Below, one piece after another: positions 50,257 through 64,000 of a stretch of 64,000 nt of DNA. The notes beneath the pieces were generated by a model. It saw only the letters and a list, made by a program, of their open reading frames with translations, did not search any database and was not told where the DNA came from. The stretch's first letter is position 1; each line of letters starts with the position of its first letter. The DNA is taken from positions 67,952,001 through 68,016,000 of the forward strand of contig OZ024741.1 of NCBI GenBank assembly GCA_964016885.1, read 5' to 3'. This DNA comes from Eledone cirrhosa (Eukaryota). The position numbers were made by a program, and so were the translations under genes.

Positions 50257-51789
50257 TAACAAAACATTATTTACGACAAAATAAGAACATTACGAGAAAT
50301 CCCATATTTACGAACGTAAACTATACAATTACCGATTTCCCAAGCCGCTTTCCCCTTCACTTATTCCCCTCCTATTATTAGGGACCCTCTCTATGTCTAT
50401 TACATGTCACTATCCCATTATCCTTTCTATATATCTACAACCACAAAATTCTCCCCCTCTCTATATCTAACATACAAATCACTTACCCAATCATCCTCTT
50501 TATATCAATCATCTCCAAACTCTACCCATCACCATCTCTACTACACTCTCTCGTAATCGTTCTCCCTCTATCCATCACCACCAACTCTCCCTCTATATCC
50601 TATACGACACTGTCTCGCCCAATCCAGCTCTATATATTTAGCAATATTTATCTCTCCCAACCCTCTCAATATATCTACAAGTATTGAAATGTACACCTCT
50701 CTTTATCTACTACACGACACTCTCTCCCAATCCCCGTCTCTATATCAATTTCCACCAAACTATACCCCTGTCTATACCTACCATAGAAGATTCTCTTTCT
50801 CATTCCCTCTCATTCTATCAATCCCTACCAAATTCTCCTCCTCTCTATATCTATTAATACATATCTCTATCTATCCTCTCACTCTATTCATTATCACCAA
50901 ATTCTCCCTCTCTCTATATCAATTAACACGAAACTCTCCCCCTCTCTATATCTACTACATGGAACTCTCTTCTACTCCCCACCTCTATATCTACTTCACG
51001 GGACTCTCTTCCAATACCCCTCCCTATATCAATTAACACCAAAATTCCCCCTCTCTATATCTACTACACGGAACTCTCTTCCAATACACCTCTCTATATC
51101 AATAAACATCAATATCTCCCCCTCCCTATATCTAATATACAACACACTCTCCTAACCTTCCTCTCTATATCAATCACCACGAAACTCTCCTCTCTATATC
51201 TGTATCTATCTCTCCCATCTATCTCTACATAACATGTACATAAATTGTAGCACATATACAATTGATGGTATTTTGGTATTTTTGCTTCATCTGGCTTGTC
51301 GTGGTATAGGACATACTTTTATGTCTGAGTAGTAGTAGGAGATAGGGGGTGGAGAATCTAGTAGTACTGGAGTAGGAGATGTAAATGTATGTGTGTATGT
51401 TATATTGTATGCATGTGTTTGATGTTTATATATTTTTTTATACAATGTCCCTCCACAAACCTCAATCAGATGTATCCTATCAGAAGATGCAACCAGATGA
51501 CACATAGAACACCTTTTGTGGGGGATTTATGACTACATTATCTAATGTGTGCTTCTCTCTATAAGATTGTAGACTTTGATTTTATAGATTTAACTATCCT
51601 TTCAAGCAAATTGACTGACCCGTTAGAGAATCTCTAGTTCACTCAATAATGATTTTGTTTATGATCATTCTTTTGACGGAGATGACAGCTGGGATATTGC
51701 TCCATATTTATATCAATGTTGTAATGAAATTGCCGTTCACGATTCTGGTCAAAAGTGGACATTGTTTTATAAAAACACGCATTAATATG

Positions 51790-52223
51790 AACAAATCAAA
51801 GATACACAGTGATATACCTTTGGAAGATCCTGGAAGAGTTAGCACCGAAGTTCGGCATGGAAGGCAGGACCAGCCCACGAACAGGACACCATTATGTAGT
51901 GCCAAATGTCCGTCAATCGCATCAAGAAAAGGAATAACATACTGCAATAGCCTGGGGTTCAAGGGGCTCAGCTTTTTAATAAGCTTCCAAAGAGTCTGGA
52001 TATTTTCAAGAGACATCTCGAAATTAAATTGACCAAGATCCCGGATGAACCCACAGCGCGAGGCGAAGTGCAAATAAGTGCAGCAGCAACAAACTCTCTT
52101 TTGCATCAATGGCCAACCAGGGAAGGCTGGCTGTGGAAAGCGTAGCATCAATGTCAGTGCCCCAGTATGGCCCCAGCCTGACAGCTGGAACACGTAATAG
52201 AGTAATAGAGTAATAAAGTAATA
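51790..52223 (+). mobile_element. CR1-group LINE 3' fragment with (GTAATA(G/A)A)n tail
   Basis: Frameshifted NSLGFKG..LFNKLPKSL...IPDEP...AAATNSLL. Confidence 0.55.
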
Positions 52224-53117
52224 GCATACAATCTGTTAATTACAGAGACTTTACATTAAATAATTGAGTGTGAATTGTGGTATTAGAAAATTATGAAGTA
52301 GAATTGAAAGCTGTCATCTGTGAATATGTGAGCAGAAAAAATATAAAATGTAGAATAGTGTAGTTTAATATCCAAACCTTAACTGTATTTATATAGTGGC
52401 ATTGCGTGGAATGACGTGGCCGAGCATTGCACCGGGTTGTATGGAAATGCGTATATAGGAAAGCAAGACTTTCAAACGACGCCAAGTTCAAACAAACTTG
52501 TAATTCAAACATGTAAATAAACGTAGCGAAACTTAATATTAACCCAGTGTATATTGTCACCACAGCATATTCTATATAAACTTGCGTTTAATTACCAAAG
52601 CATACCAAAAGCGTCTTTTTTCGAGTCAAATGTTTATTGTGTCAATTGAGGAGTAAAAAATAAAGACGCCATTTTTGTCATAAAACATGTTGCCAAATAC
52701 AAACGTGATGGCGTCTCAATAGAGAATATAATAACGATACCATTTCATATGCAAACGTTTATTGCAAAAGCGACTACTTCTGCTACGTAATTAAAATATC
52801 TATTGAGGTAGTCAACTAAAATAATGGCTCCGTGTGGAAGCTATTGATGTAACTAAAAACACAGTAAATGCCTCATCGTATTAGTGTAGCTTTTATCAGG
52901 TGAGTTGCGAAAAGTTCAAGAAATTGTTTGGAATCGCGTTTAACTTTTATGTATCTGGTGCAAGTAAGCGGTCTCTTCTGTTACATTGATAATGTCATTA
53001 AAGATTCGGGCGAAATGTTAATAGCATAGCTCAAATCTTGTCACACGCTGTACTGAACCTAACATCAACTGAAACAAGTCTAATATATATATACATATAT
53101 GTGTACGTGTGTGTGTG

Positions 53118-53178
<61 letters not shown>

Positions 53179-54090
53179 TCCTTTCTCCGCTCACCTCTCT
53201 CTCTTCTCTGTCTTCTTTTTTCTCTCCCTCTCTCTCTCTCCCTCCCTATCTCTCCCTCTCTATCTCTCCCTCTCTATCTCTCTCCAGAATCAGCTACACT
53301 GCTCTGTGAAGGGGTCATGAGAGGCGATTCATTGTGTTACTTTCATCCAACATATGAAGGGACAACTAGAATAGTACAAAAACTGCCTAACAGAGCCATC
53401 GAATATGTCGGGCGTGGAAGGTCTAATGTGCTGCACAGCGCTAAACGCTCCAAAAGAACAATATAAAAAGATATCCTTTCATCCTCCCCAGTAACAAAAT
53501 ATGTCCCTTTATGCTTTCATTGTCAATCATTATATGTAGCGTGAATTTTTCTCTGAAATTATCAATTCTATGCGAGGATTCGTGGAGCAAGAAAATGAGT
53601 TATTTTATTGTATTTTTACATTTATACATATTTGATCTGTGTGAAACTCTCATCTATACCTTAACTTGTTAGATAAGTGGATGAGCGGGTTGGTTGTAAT
53701 CCTATTAATATTGATAAAAACTTAATGGATTAGATCACTACAAAATGTTATCAGGTTAGTTAATATTCAACTAAAAACAAAGCAAGCAACCGATCCGAAC
53801 ACGAAAGAGAAAGCAATCGAGCGTAATATTCCATAACTTTTACAGCGGTTCAGTGTTTAACCATTTATAACATAAATAGCGTGTTGTGCTACCATAACTA
53901 TACAGCTAATGTAAATATATATCAAATAGGTGTTGGGAGGCGTGTGTGAGGGCACTCGAATAGAGTATGTCTGCCTATCTATGCGTGAGTTGACGTGAAA
54001 GAGAGAGAAAGGGGCATCGGGAAACACCACAGTATTTCGCTAAAACAAATAAACATGAAACCCTGCTGATCCTGTTAGCTAAATTATATA

Positions 54091-54131
<41 letters not shown>

Positions 54132-54140
54132 AATATATAT

Positions 54141-54191
<51 letters not shown>

Positions 54192-54243
54192 TCGGAACAA
54201 GCTGTTGAAACAGCAGATCAGCCATCAGGATCCTGAATCCTTC

Positions 54244-54283
<40 letters not shown>

Positions 54284-55539
54284 ATTAGATAGATATTATA
54301 CATACGAATGATTATCGTGTGATGGCGACTAAACTTGAATACCAATCAACGGAGATGAATATAATAAATATGGCTCTACTACAATGTGTGGTGTCACGCA
54401 ATCAGTAAATATGCGTTGTCATTATTATACCCATAAATCTAAAATAGGAACTTGATGTATATACAGGCGTAGACACACACATACACACACATATACATAT
54501 ATACATATATATATGGTGGCTGCCAACTCGTTTTCGAGTACGGCCACTACTTTATATCCATGTAGGATCACCCCTACCGATGCGCTGAACGAGTGTGACT
54601 TTTTAGTCCAGCCAGCGACTTGAAAACTCTGGTACAAACACTACACTTGTGACAATTATTGACACATAGTGCTGGGCCCATGGTACCTTGTGATTACAAG
54701 TGCAGAGAGATCTCCAGATATAAAGCAATGCCTGTGCCGTGAAGCTTTTATAGTGAGCAAAGGCACTGCACAAAGCCAGTCCCACTCTCTTAACCAAGAT
54801 GATATTTACCAAAAAGAAGAACAAGTCAACATCATTGGATACCATCAGGGTTGCAGGTGTTATATCAGAGTTTTCCATATACATACATACATACATACAT
54901 ACATACATACATACATACATACATACATACATACATACATACTCACATACATACATTCATACATACATAATGGCTGCCCACTCGTTATCGAGTATGGCCA
55001 TTGCACGATATACCATTATTAATAATTATTAATTAATCCTATCGTGCAATGCCAGTGCGTGAAGATATTTTTTTAAGTGAGGAAAGACTGTGCACTGAGG
55101 CAGTCCCACTCTCTGAGCGACAGTAGCTATAAGCCGAAAATAAGAAAAGATCAACATCATCGGTAACTACTGAGCCTCAGGTTTTATATCGGAGTTATCC
55201 AGCTCGACTATTTCTATGTCCCTGCGCATATATATACACATGCACCCATGCATATACACATATACATATAAATATGTACATGTGTATATACATGTTTACA
55301 CACTTTTGGATGGCCGTTGACTCTTATGAGTTCTTCCGGAAGAACATACATACATACATACATGGTGGCTGCCAACTTGTTTTCGAGTACGGCCACTACT
55401 TTATATCCATGTAGCAGAACCCCTACCGATGCGCTGAACGAGTGTGACTTTTTAGTCCAGCCAGCGACTTGAAAACTCTGGTACAAACACTACACTTGTG
55501 ACAATTATTGACACATACATGCATACATACATACATACA

Positions 55540-56190
55540 TAGTAACACTGAAGCAACATCTTCAACAGAGGAAAAAGGTTGGCAACCATCTTGCCCAGGT
55601 TTATGAGCATGAAGAAAAAAAATATCATTAGGATAGCCACTGATCTGGAGTAGAGATATGGAATAAAGCCTGATATAAATCTCTCACCCAAACAAATCGG
55701 AAGATCCTATTCAATGTTCAAACAAGATGAAAAAATTTACCAATTTACAGAAAAAGTTGTGGATACTTGAGACGTAAAACACAGACCATAGAGGGGATAA
55801 ACCACTCAAAAAGCCTGGCATGGAGTTCCGACAAGTTTATGACATCACACCTTGAACAAGAACTCCCTATCAAATATTTGCTGCACAAAAGAGGAGGGCC
55901 ATCAGCTGACAATAAATGCAGGCTATGTAAAACAGAGATCGAAGATGTAAGCCACATTGTTGCCAGCTGCGAAAGAATGTCATCTCGCTACTACCTATTC
56001 GCTACTACCATGAGACATGATGGGATAGTTAGAACCATCTGGAACGCACTGGAACAAAATCAATAATAAACGAGGAAGAATAAATTGAGACAGATGGCAC
56101 TAAGGAATACTGGTGGAACCTGAAAATAAAAACTGCCACCAAATTAAAGCACAACCGGCCTGATATTGTTGTTTGGGACCACACATTGAA
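55540..56190 (+). mobile_element. R4/Dong-like RLE non-LTR retrotransposon fragment
   Basis: CRLCKTEIEDVSHIVASC (CCHC), RHDGIV, EYWWNLKIKTATKLKHNRPDIVVWD (PD-D/ExK nuclease). Confidence 0.8.
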
Positions 56191-56214
56191 CACGCACTTG
56201 ATAGCCGTCTCAAC

Positions 56215-58330
56215 ATCATCACAATCCCTCCATCACGTGTACACACTTGCATGTGCACTGCGATGACTTTTCAATCCAACAACTGATTTGCAAGGTCTTC
56301 GACACAAGTAACGGATGTATGCCAGTATGTGTATTATTAGGTTTATTGGATCAGAATGGATGTGGAATTTCATGTTGAAGCTTCGTTTTAACTCCGCAGT
56401 TGTTTTGAATATATTGCGACGATTTGGACAAATAGTCACATCTGGAAGTGCAGGGAAATTTCTAACATAATCTGTTGTCTCTTCATGTCTTTTCGTATGG
56501 TTTACAAAACTGGTTTTGGAGAGAAGGATACCGTGACGGAAATTGTAATTCCAGTAATCAACGTTTTCAAACCCTACCAACTCTTCCCTTCTTAGTGTAC
56601 ATTTTATTTCTGCTTTTGCTTTTTGAGTTTCATCCAATAATTGACACACTGATTTAAATCTCTTTCTCCGTGTATTACGATAAAGAGTTTGTTTTACCCA
56701 TTGTTTTATATCTAAACGCAGACATTTTACATTTTCCTTAATATAATCTTTGTACCTTTTCTTAGGCTTAAGCTGTAGTCTTTTTCCTTACACAAGCTCA
56801 CTATAAAGGATTTCCTTTGTAAGCTGCGCGTCATTCATACAAACCAGATGCCTTACCCAGCGCATCTGACTCTTAATGACAAGGGAACTAATTGTAAAGC
56901 ATCCCGATCTTTGTAAAACTTCTGTATCAAGTGTCATCTTCCTCCGTTACTTACGCAGGATCAACCGAAGGCCCTTTTGGAGGTATCTTACAAACTTGAA
57001 ATGCCGCTGGTGAGTGGTCCACGCTTCACATCCATAGAACAAAACTATAATCACTCGTTCCTCATACACAATTATGTTTTTCCTCAATGCTATGCCTCTG
57101 TGTGACCACACCCTTTTCACTAATTTTTCAAATACAGCGCTTGTCTTCTGTACTCGAAGATCTATTCCTGCATCTAAACTATGGCCCCTTCTCAAAGCTT
57201 TACAGAGTGCACAAAGATATCCACCACCGCCAGTGTAATCCCATTTACATATATATATTTGGCGTCACATAAGGTGCTCCTGGTGCTGGAGTGTACATCA
57301 CCTTGGTCTTAGTTAAGCTTAGAGTGAGCCGAAAAGGATCACATGCTTCAGAAAATGTATTCATTGTGTGATGCATGTCCGCTTCTGAGTGTGCATCAAA
57401 ATCCACATCATCAGCATGCAAAAGCTCTCGAATTAACAGTTTGAATGTCATTTAGTTATTAAATCTCCTTAATTTAAGGATTTAGCCAGATGTTTGAAAA
57501 TGCAGTTTGTTAAATGCATAAGTAAGAGGTACAACGAAGTATATGTTCCCTTGCTTAACACCGTTGTCCAGAGAAATTTGTTCCGAGAGTTTTTCGTTAA
57601 ATTCAACGCTGATCTTCTTGTCCCGATGAAGTTGTTTGAATATGTGCAACGGTTTCTGGAAACACCCTAATTTATTATGAATGATCCATAACGTTTCTCT
57701 GTTGACTGTATCAAAAGCCTTAATCAGGTCGATAAAAACTTGATACAAAGGCACATAGAGTTCTATGAATTTTCCTGCAGCTGTCTAGCAGGGAAGATCA
57801 TATCCAGTGTTCCCTTTCCTGCCCTGAAACCAGATTGGGATTCTGGAGGAATCAGCGGACATATATTTTCATAAAGGTGATTCAGCATCAGCCTAGATAT
57901 TACCTTTCCAACAGATTCTAGTATTGTGATCCCACGGGAGTTGTCACAATGGGAATTTTGTCCTTTAACGTTGTAAGTAGTGATCTAGGTTCTATCAACC
58001 CAGTATTGAGGTCTTGGTGCCCCACCCACATTTCATGAGATGTGCATGGATAGCCGATAATATGTGGACCCCTCCAGCTTTCAATAACTTAACTGGAATC
58101 CCATCTAATCTGGGTGACTTCCCTAAGTTTACCTGTGAGTTTACCTGTGAGTTTACCATATTTATGTTGGAAAGACCTCTGATCATAAGTCTGCTCTAGC
58201 AACAATAATCTCCATAGTTTGGCTAAATTTGTGCAACATTGTCTGCATTTAAGTGGTTTGTAGTATGGGAAATCAATATGGAAGACATTCAACGAAAGAA
58301 GTATTCATAACATTGGAATCAGAAGGGGCA
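56215..58330 (-). mobile_element. RTE (BovB-like) LINE, 5'-truncated and decayed
   Basis: GKSPRLDGIPV, FIDLIKAFDTVNR, GVKQG, LIRELLHADD, LFYGCEAWT, C-terminal CRRPCKSVVGLKSHRSAH. Confidence 0.85.
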
Positions 58331-59931
58331 GAATATTATTGATGAAATGTCGATCTCTTAAGTTTGAGGTAGAGTTTCATTCATGCGGAGGAACACAAAA
58401 TCCTACCTTTCAGAACTGGAAAAGTGTTTGGTCCTCATTACTGAGTAGCCAGTAGCAGAGTATCTAAAGTCTATGTCAGGTATTTATTATATACACGTGT
58501 AAGAATATTTACTAATTACGGTATCGATGATGTTTTCTTTCTCACTTTGACCATTGCCATGTAATACCAAGTCCTATGTAAATTATATTTTGTTACTATC
58601 ACATATAGAATGGCAGTGAATAGAAATCTGATAGTGAACAATAACACGTATGTTTCTTATACAACAATATATGCACCACAAACATATTACGTGTCAATGT
58701 TCTGATTAAGTTTATATGCTTCCTTACACGAATGCTTCAGTCGATGCATTATCTTAGATTGTGCCAAAAACTAGAAACAATTATTTTAGAATATATGTAC
58801 GCTAAGGGAAGCTAAATTTGCCTAAAAACAATTACGATACGAAACATTTAAATTTATTTTCCTTTTTTGCTTTAATAAATTTTGCTTTATCAACAAGGTA
58901 TTTCATTATATGCTGCGCAAGCCGTGAGTTATATTTAAAAGAGAATCAATTACACAAAAGTGAAATACATTAGAAATACATTGTCAAACATTATTACATG
59001 AAAAGCCAATATTTTAAGCTATGATATTAAAAGTAATATACGCGGTTATAATAGTAAACCAAATACAAGTAAAGGGAACATTTTTTTCGTTTTAATTGCT
59101 TAGCTTTATTCTTTATATCAAGTCGAGTAATGGAGTCGATATATTATACTATACTCCCACACATGTTTACAACATTGTGCCAAATATATGAATCAACGTT
59201 AAGTCTGTGTGTTTGGGGAAATGCTAAAGTGGCTGGAAAAACAATGATGTAATAGGTTTTCGTTTTATTATATGAAATATTTATGAGTACGAACTTAACC
59301 CAAAGAGAAGGAAAAGATCCACCCACGGGAAATAAACACACATATAAGAGGCATACCGTACGCGGCTCATGGTTTCTGCGACGCATCACTTCTTCCTCTC
59401 GTGTGAATAGAGGAACATTCAGCAAATGAAGAGAAATGAATATCGAGTCATATATGATCTTTATACAGTACTTAATATTTACAAATGCTACTTAAGTTTC
59501 ATTAAAAGGCTGTGATTTGAATTCATAAGTCAATCTTCGTGCAAAATCAAAATGGCTACTCGTGAAATATTGGTAAAGGCACCAAGAAACGACGAGATGA
59601 AAGCGGTAATGTGAAGACATCTCCATAACTTCCTCTTTTGGTTAGCCGAGTTATATTTCTTATATTGTGTATTATCTACGGAAAAATAGTTATTTATTAG
59701 TCATTATGACTTTCTCTCAGATGCTGTCCAATATTAAAAACATATTAATTTATATACATAGTGTGCTTGAATATAAGAGGCTTGTGGAAATAGGCAGGTG
59801 TATGCAATTGGGGATTTTGTGGTTGTCTTACTCAAAAAGCCTTTCTTATCGGTTATATTTGGAGGTGGTGTTCTGTGCAATAGTATGTGTAATACGACTG
59901 TCTATATAATATTATGTGTATGAAATAGGTG

Positions 59932-60111
59932 GATGGATTGGCAGTATCGGTAGAGGGTCGGACGCCATGCTTTCCAGCATAGTTACGTCCTTTACGATCT
60001 GAGTTCAAATACCGCCGAGGTTGACTTTGCCTTTCATCCTTACGGGGTCGATAAAATAAAGTACCAGTAATGCACTGGGTAATTGCTGGCCTTGTGCCTA
60101 AAGTAGAAACA
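59932..60111 (+). mobile_element. SINE family A copy with 21-bp TSD
   Basis: ATTATGTGTATGAAATAGGTG at 59911-59931 and 60112-60132. Confidence 0.9.
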
Positions 60112-60573
60112 ATTATGTGTATGAAATAGGTGTCTGACATACGATAGGACGTTTACGAAAGTATATCGAAACATGGTTTTGAATTGTCAACTCCATTTAA
60201 TGGGTGGTATTTAGTTTATATAGACATTATTGAAGGGAGTGTTTATCTTGGCTGGGCGGTGTCGAGTACTCGCTGCGTTGGAAGTTGTGGGGTGGAATTT
60301 TCCAACGGGATAGAATAAATTTATTGGCATTTGAACAATTATTGTCGGTTCTTATTTTGGAAAATTACCTGACTTATTTTCCTTGCCTAATATGTGCACC
60401 TTCTCCTGTATACAAACTTGACATTTTCCTGGCCTACTGATATATGATCTACATCTTTCCAGAACTTTCTCTCGATTCTATAACTTGATTTCATCTTTTT
60501 CAGTTCCTAAATATAGCCGTCCAATTTTGTCCAAGTATGTCAACATATCTCTGGCTACTGAGGGAAAATCAAC

Positions 60574-60620
60574 ATACCTAATCGATTTCAGGCCCTTAAT
60601 GGGGTCTCATCAGAGGATAT
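60574..60620 (-). ncRNA. Decayed type I hammerhead
   Basis: Minus strand ATATCCT-CTGATGA-GACCCC ATTA AGGGCCT-GAAA-TCGA-TT-AGGTAT; stem II mismatched. Confidence 0.5.
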
Positions 60621-60999
60621 CTGCATCGTTATAAAGCATAAAAAATGGAGGCACTGATTTGCATATCTTGATAGCAATTTCTGTATATATTAAATTTTGC
60701 ATTAAGTAGTCGAATATATGGGTGAATTAAGGGAAATAGGTTATGTTGACATTCATATATGTTTATATATTCAATGTGTAAATTATATATACACATTAAC
60801 GGTTAATCCTGTATTGTTATAATGTAGACTGTTTCATTTTGCAAATTATCTTATACAATTTATCGATTCAAGTACGGATGTATTTTTCCGTTTTGTTTGG
60901 AATATTTGTTTTTCTCGACATCTTCCTGGATCTTCTGATTAGTGGTTTTTACAACTGAATTTTTTTTTTAATTATAAACTTAATACACAATAAATTTTA

Positions 61000-61645
61000 T
61001 TATATTAAGGAAGGCAGCAACATAGAATTGATAAATGTGACCGAACACGGAAGAGCTGAACTCTCACTGTCATCGCCTCTATCTCTCACGCCCTCCCCAT
61101 CTTTCTGTATTATGAGCAAATGCCCAGGTGGACAGAATAGAGAAGACATTTTTCCGGAGGATGGTAAGGGAGATGCGTTGGAAGAACCATTCCATCTCGC
61201 AAGGCTCATACCTGCGGCTAACCAGCTCAACGCTTATGGTGGTAAGTAAGGAGGTAGCCCTAGGGCCAAGGACACCAGAAGTCTCCACTGCCAGGGGAAC
61301 GACGGCAAATCTGTCGACCGATACTTGGAGAGTTTGCCGTCCTCAGCCCGAAGTGCAGAACCTGGGTTAGTCGGCAGACTGCACCAGGTTGCGGTTGGAG
61401 AAAGTGTCGCTACAAGTGGCATCCCAGGCGAGGGGTTTGTCACCGCGGAACGGGAAGATGGTCATACCGTCTGACCTTTTGCCGTCCCCTCGGTCCAGTC
61501 CCACCGGCTCAACTGGGAGCGGAAGCCTGCAGCATCCAAACCATGCTTTACTACCTTATTGAGGGCGGCATGGTGTGGAGGCGGCCGGCACTGTAGCGAC
61601 AGGAAAGCGGATGGATGCCGAAAGAGTCCACACTGGATCCGCAGC
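61000..61645 (-). mobile_element. CRE-clade RLE non-LTR retrotransposon 3' fragment
   Basis: Across frameshifts: HHAALNKVVKHGLDAAGF..EPVGLDRGDGKRSDGMTIFPFRGDKPLAWDATCSDTF..FAVVPLAVETSGVLG..EWFFQRISLTILRKN. Confidence 0.8.
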
Positions 61646-63202
61646 GACAATTGTCCCCCTTTTTTCGATGTCAAGGTAGAGAAAACACAAAACCTCTTGT
61701 TGTTTGGAGGGGAGTATGAAAAGCAAGAGAGAACAAAATTATTTCGTAACCTTATAACAACGGATGGAACTTGACGAAAACCAGCTCTGAATCAAGAATG
61801 CAATAAACATAAGAACCAAAATCACAATGAACCTCGCATTAAAATCTTATTGTTGTTCGTTGTCTTGTTGAATTATTAAAACAAATATCAAAAATCTCAC
61901 TTCATCAATGTGATACCAAATACTTCTTACGAAAAATGAAAACAATTCACCGATACAAGTACTTTCTTAGTTTAAGTTTATAGTTCATTTCTTTTTCATT
62001 TAGGAGCACCGAACTGTGCAACCCTTAAATATATCCATAACTCCTCGTATTTTTGCCTTATGTAAAATGCATTCGGAGCGCAATCCACCTGAGGTGAATC
62101 CAACAAAAACGATTTTTCCCTATAAGTCTAAAACATCCTAATGTATATATATATATATATATATATTACCGCATATTTCGACTACTTAGTACATGATTTA
62201 ACATATATTGATACTAGCTACCAACATAAGCTCTAATAAAAACAAATGAGTACATACATTTAATAGGTAGTACTACATTTCATAGACTTTTAAAGGCTGA
62301 TTAACGGTAAAGATACCTAGCACCAATGGAAAGATTCTGTTTCAACCAGCTGCCTTCAACTGCGCGCATGTGTGCCCGCACACACGTGCTTGTGTTTATG
62401 TAAACCTGCATACACAAATACACACACAGCCACCCATACACACAGACAGGCACACACAGAGACACACACACATACACACAGACACACACACATACACACA
62501 ATCACATACACACACATATATATATATATATATACAGAGAGAGAGAGGGAGAGAGGGGTTGAGAGAAATCAATGCGTGTATATATATATATATGTGTACA
62601 TGAGTGTGTATGTATGCATGCATGTATGTATCTATGTGCATGCGAGTGCATGTATTGCTTTTACATCCGGCTATCATCATTCAATTCATCTCTTCTTTTA
62701 CTTTTTATCTAATATACGTTTATATAATGTAATAGGTTGATGAAGGTGGGGGGATGGTGGAGGGGGTGGGTGAGGTGAGGGGGAGGAGGAGGAGGAGGAG
62801 GGGGAGGAGAAGAAGAAGAAGAAGAAGAAGAAGAAGAAGAAGAAACGTCATACACACATTGAAATGAAGAACGATTACAAATGAAAACAAGAAAGATTTT
62901 CTATGTTGTTCCGCCATCGTTACTGAAGCTACAACAGAGTAAATACAAAAAATACATTAACTTTGATCGATACGGAACCAATGAAGTATCCGTAAACGCA
63001 GTACCAAGCGTTAAAGACCCACCGCCATAAATAGAATTGAGTGGAGCAAACGATAAGTGTGCTGGCTGAATCATTGGTTTGGATTAGTTTTGTGTATGTG
63101 TATATATATATGTGTGTGTGTGTGTGCGTGTGCGCGCGCGCGCATGTGTGTGAGTATGTCTGTGTATGTTTGTATGTGTATGGGCTATATATATATATAT
63201 AT

Positions 63203-63319
63203 ATATATGAAAGACGTAAAATAAGAAAATTTTAAAAATTAAAAATCAACTTACTAAAATTTTAGTAAGTAAGTTGATTTTTAATTTTTAAAATTTTCTT
63301 ATTTTACGTCTTTCATATA
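63203..63319. repeat. Loopless palindrome, arms about 55 bp, 4-nt bulge
   Basis: ATATGAAAGACGTAAAATAAG...ACTTACTAAAA|TTTTAGTAAGT(AAGT)TGA...CTTATTTTACGTCTTTCATAT. Confidence 0.9.
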
Positions 63320-63587
63320 ATTGTTCTGCACCCCCCTGCATAGAACCACATCGGTACTAAGACATAACTTATATATTTGCTAGCATGAGTGTACATCTGT
63401 ACACTCATGTTGGTAGATGTACTAATTCTCTCTCTCTCTATATATATATATATATGTATAAGTTCTATTTAAATTGTTGGGATACAACAAGCAAATATTT
63501 TTATAACTGATATAAAGCACTCAACAAATATTTGGAGTAAAAATACGATATTAACAAATGGAAACTATATTTATAAAACCATATTTA

Positions 63588-63648
63588 TTTCATTATACAT
63601 ATTTCAAGGACACCAAGTTAAATTATGGTGTGCTTTCATCAGATAAAA
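63588..63648 (-). ncRNA. Type I hammerhead ribozyme (left arm)
   Basis: Reverse complement of 63761-63821 with one stem II substitution. Confidence 0.75.
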
Positions 63649-63760
63649 TATAATATAGATCAGTTTTATAAATAGATATTGACATACCCTTAAAAAATGC
63701 ACAGTAATGGTTGCATTTTTTAAGGGTCAATATTTATTTATAAAACTGATCTATATTATA

Positions 63761-63821
63761 TTTTATCTGATGAAAGGACACCATAATTTAACTTGGTGTC
63801 CTTGAAATATGTATAATGAAA
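63761..63821 (+). ncRNA. Type I hammerhead ribozyme (right arm)
   Basis: TTTTAT-CTGATGA-AAGGACACCA TAATTTAACT TGGTGTCCTT-GAAA-TATGTA-TA-ATGAAA; perfect 10-bp stem II. Confidence 0.8.
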
Positions 63822-63863
63822 TAAATATGGTTTTATAAATATAGTTTCCATTTGTTAATATCG

Positions 63864-63900
<37 letters not shown>

Positions 63901-64000
63901 AGGAAAAGAGTCGGGGTTAAACATTACCTATTACCCACTCTATTACCCTAAGTATCGAGTACTCTGGTGCGTTATGATCTACCTGGTAACTTACCATACC

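Larger units (their letters stand above)
63460..63866. mobile_element. Fold-back HHR-bearing element (arms about 63543-63699 and 63712-63866)
   Basis: Near-perfect inverted repeat of about 150 bp bounded by (TA)n. Confidence 0.8.

Noticed and set aside
58395-58445. Minus-strand GTAATGAGGAC...GTTCTGAAAGGTA near the RTE 5' end
   Set aside because: Two core mismatches and no stem I

Overview
AT-rich, microsatellite-dense animal genomic DNA, probably a coleoid cephalopod such as Octopus (inferred from SINE types and composition, not verified). The only host-gene sequence I can support is one terminal exon encoding a C3HC4 RING finger (118-432). The rest is repeat-derived. It includes a near full-length but disabled Tx1-clade LINE flanked on both sides by (GATA)n, fragments of RTE, CR1-like, R4/Dong-like and CRE-like LINEs, tRNA-derived SINEs, MITEs and a Helitron/Helentron-like element. 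The main result is a set of at least a dozen type I hammerhead ribozyme (HHR) motifs belonging to several distinct small elements, most of them embedded in (TA)n tracts. They include a 310-bp x 4.6 perfect tandem array with one HHR per unit (retrozyme-like, predicted to yield circular RNA), a 487-bp 1.1-mer with its own HHR, several inverted (fold-back) HHR cassettes, and a Penelope-like remnant that may represent the mobilising family. Almost all ORFs in the supplied track outside the retroelements are microsatellite artefacts. All structures were read by eye; no folding, alignment or database search was run.
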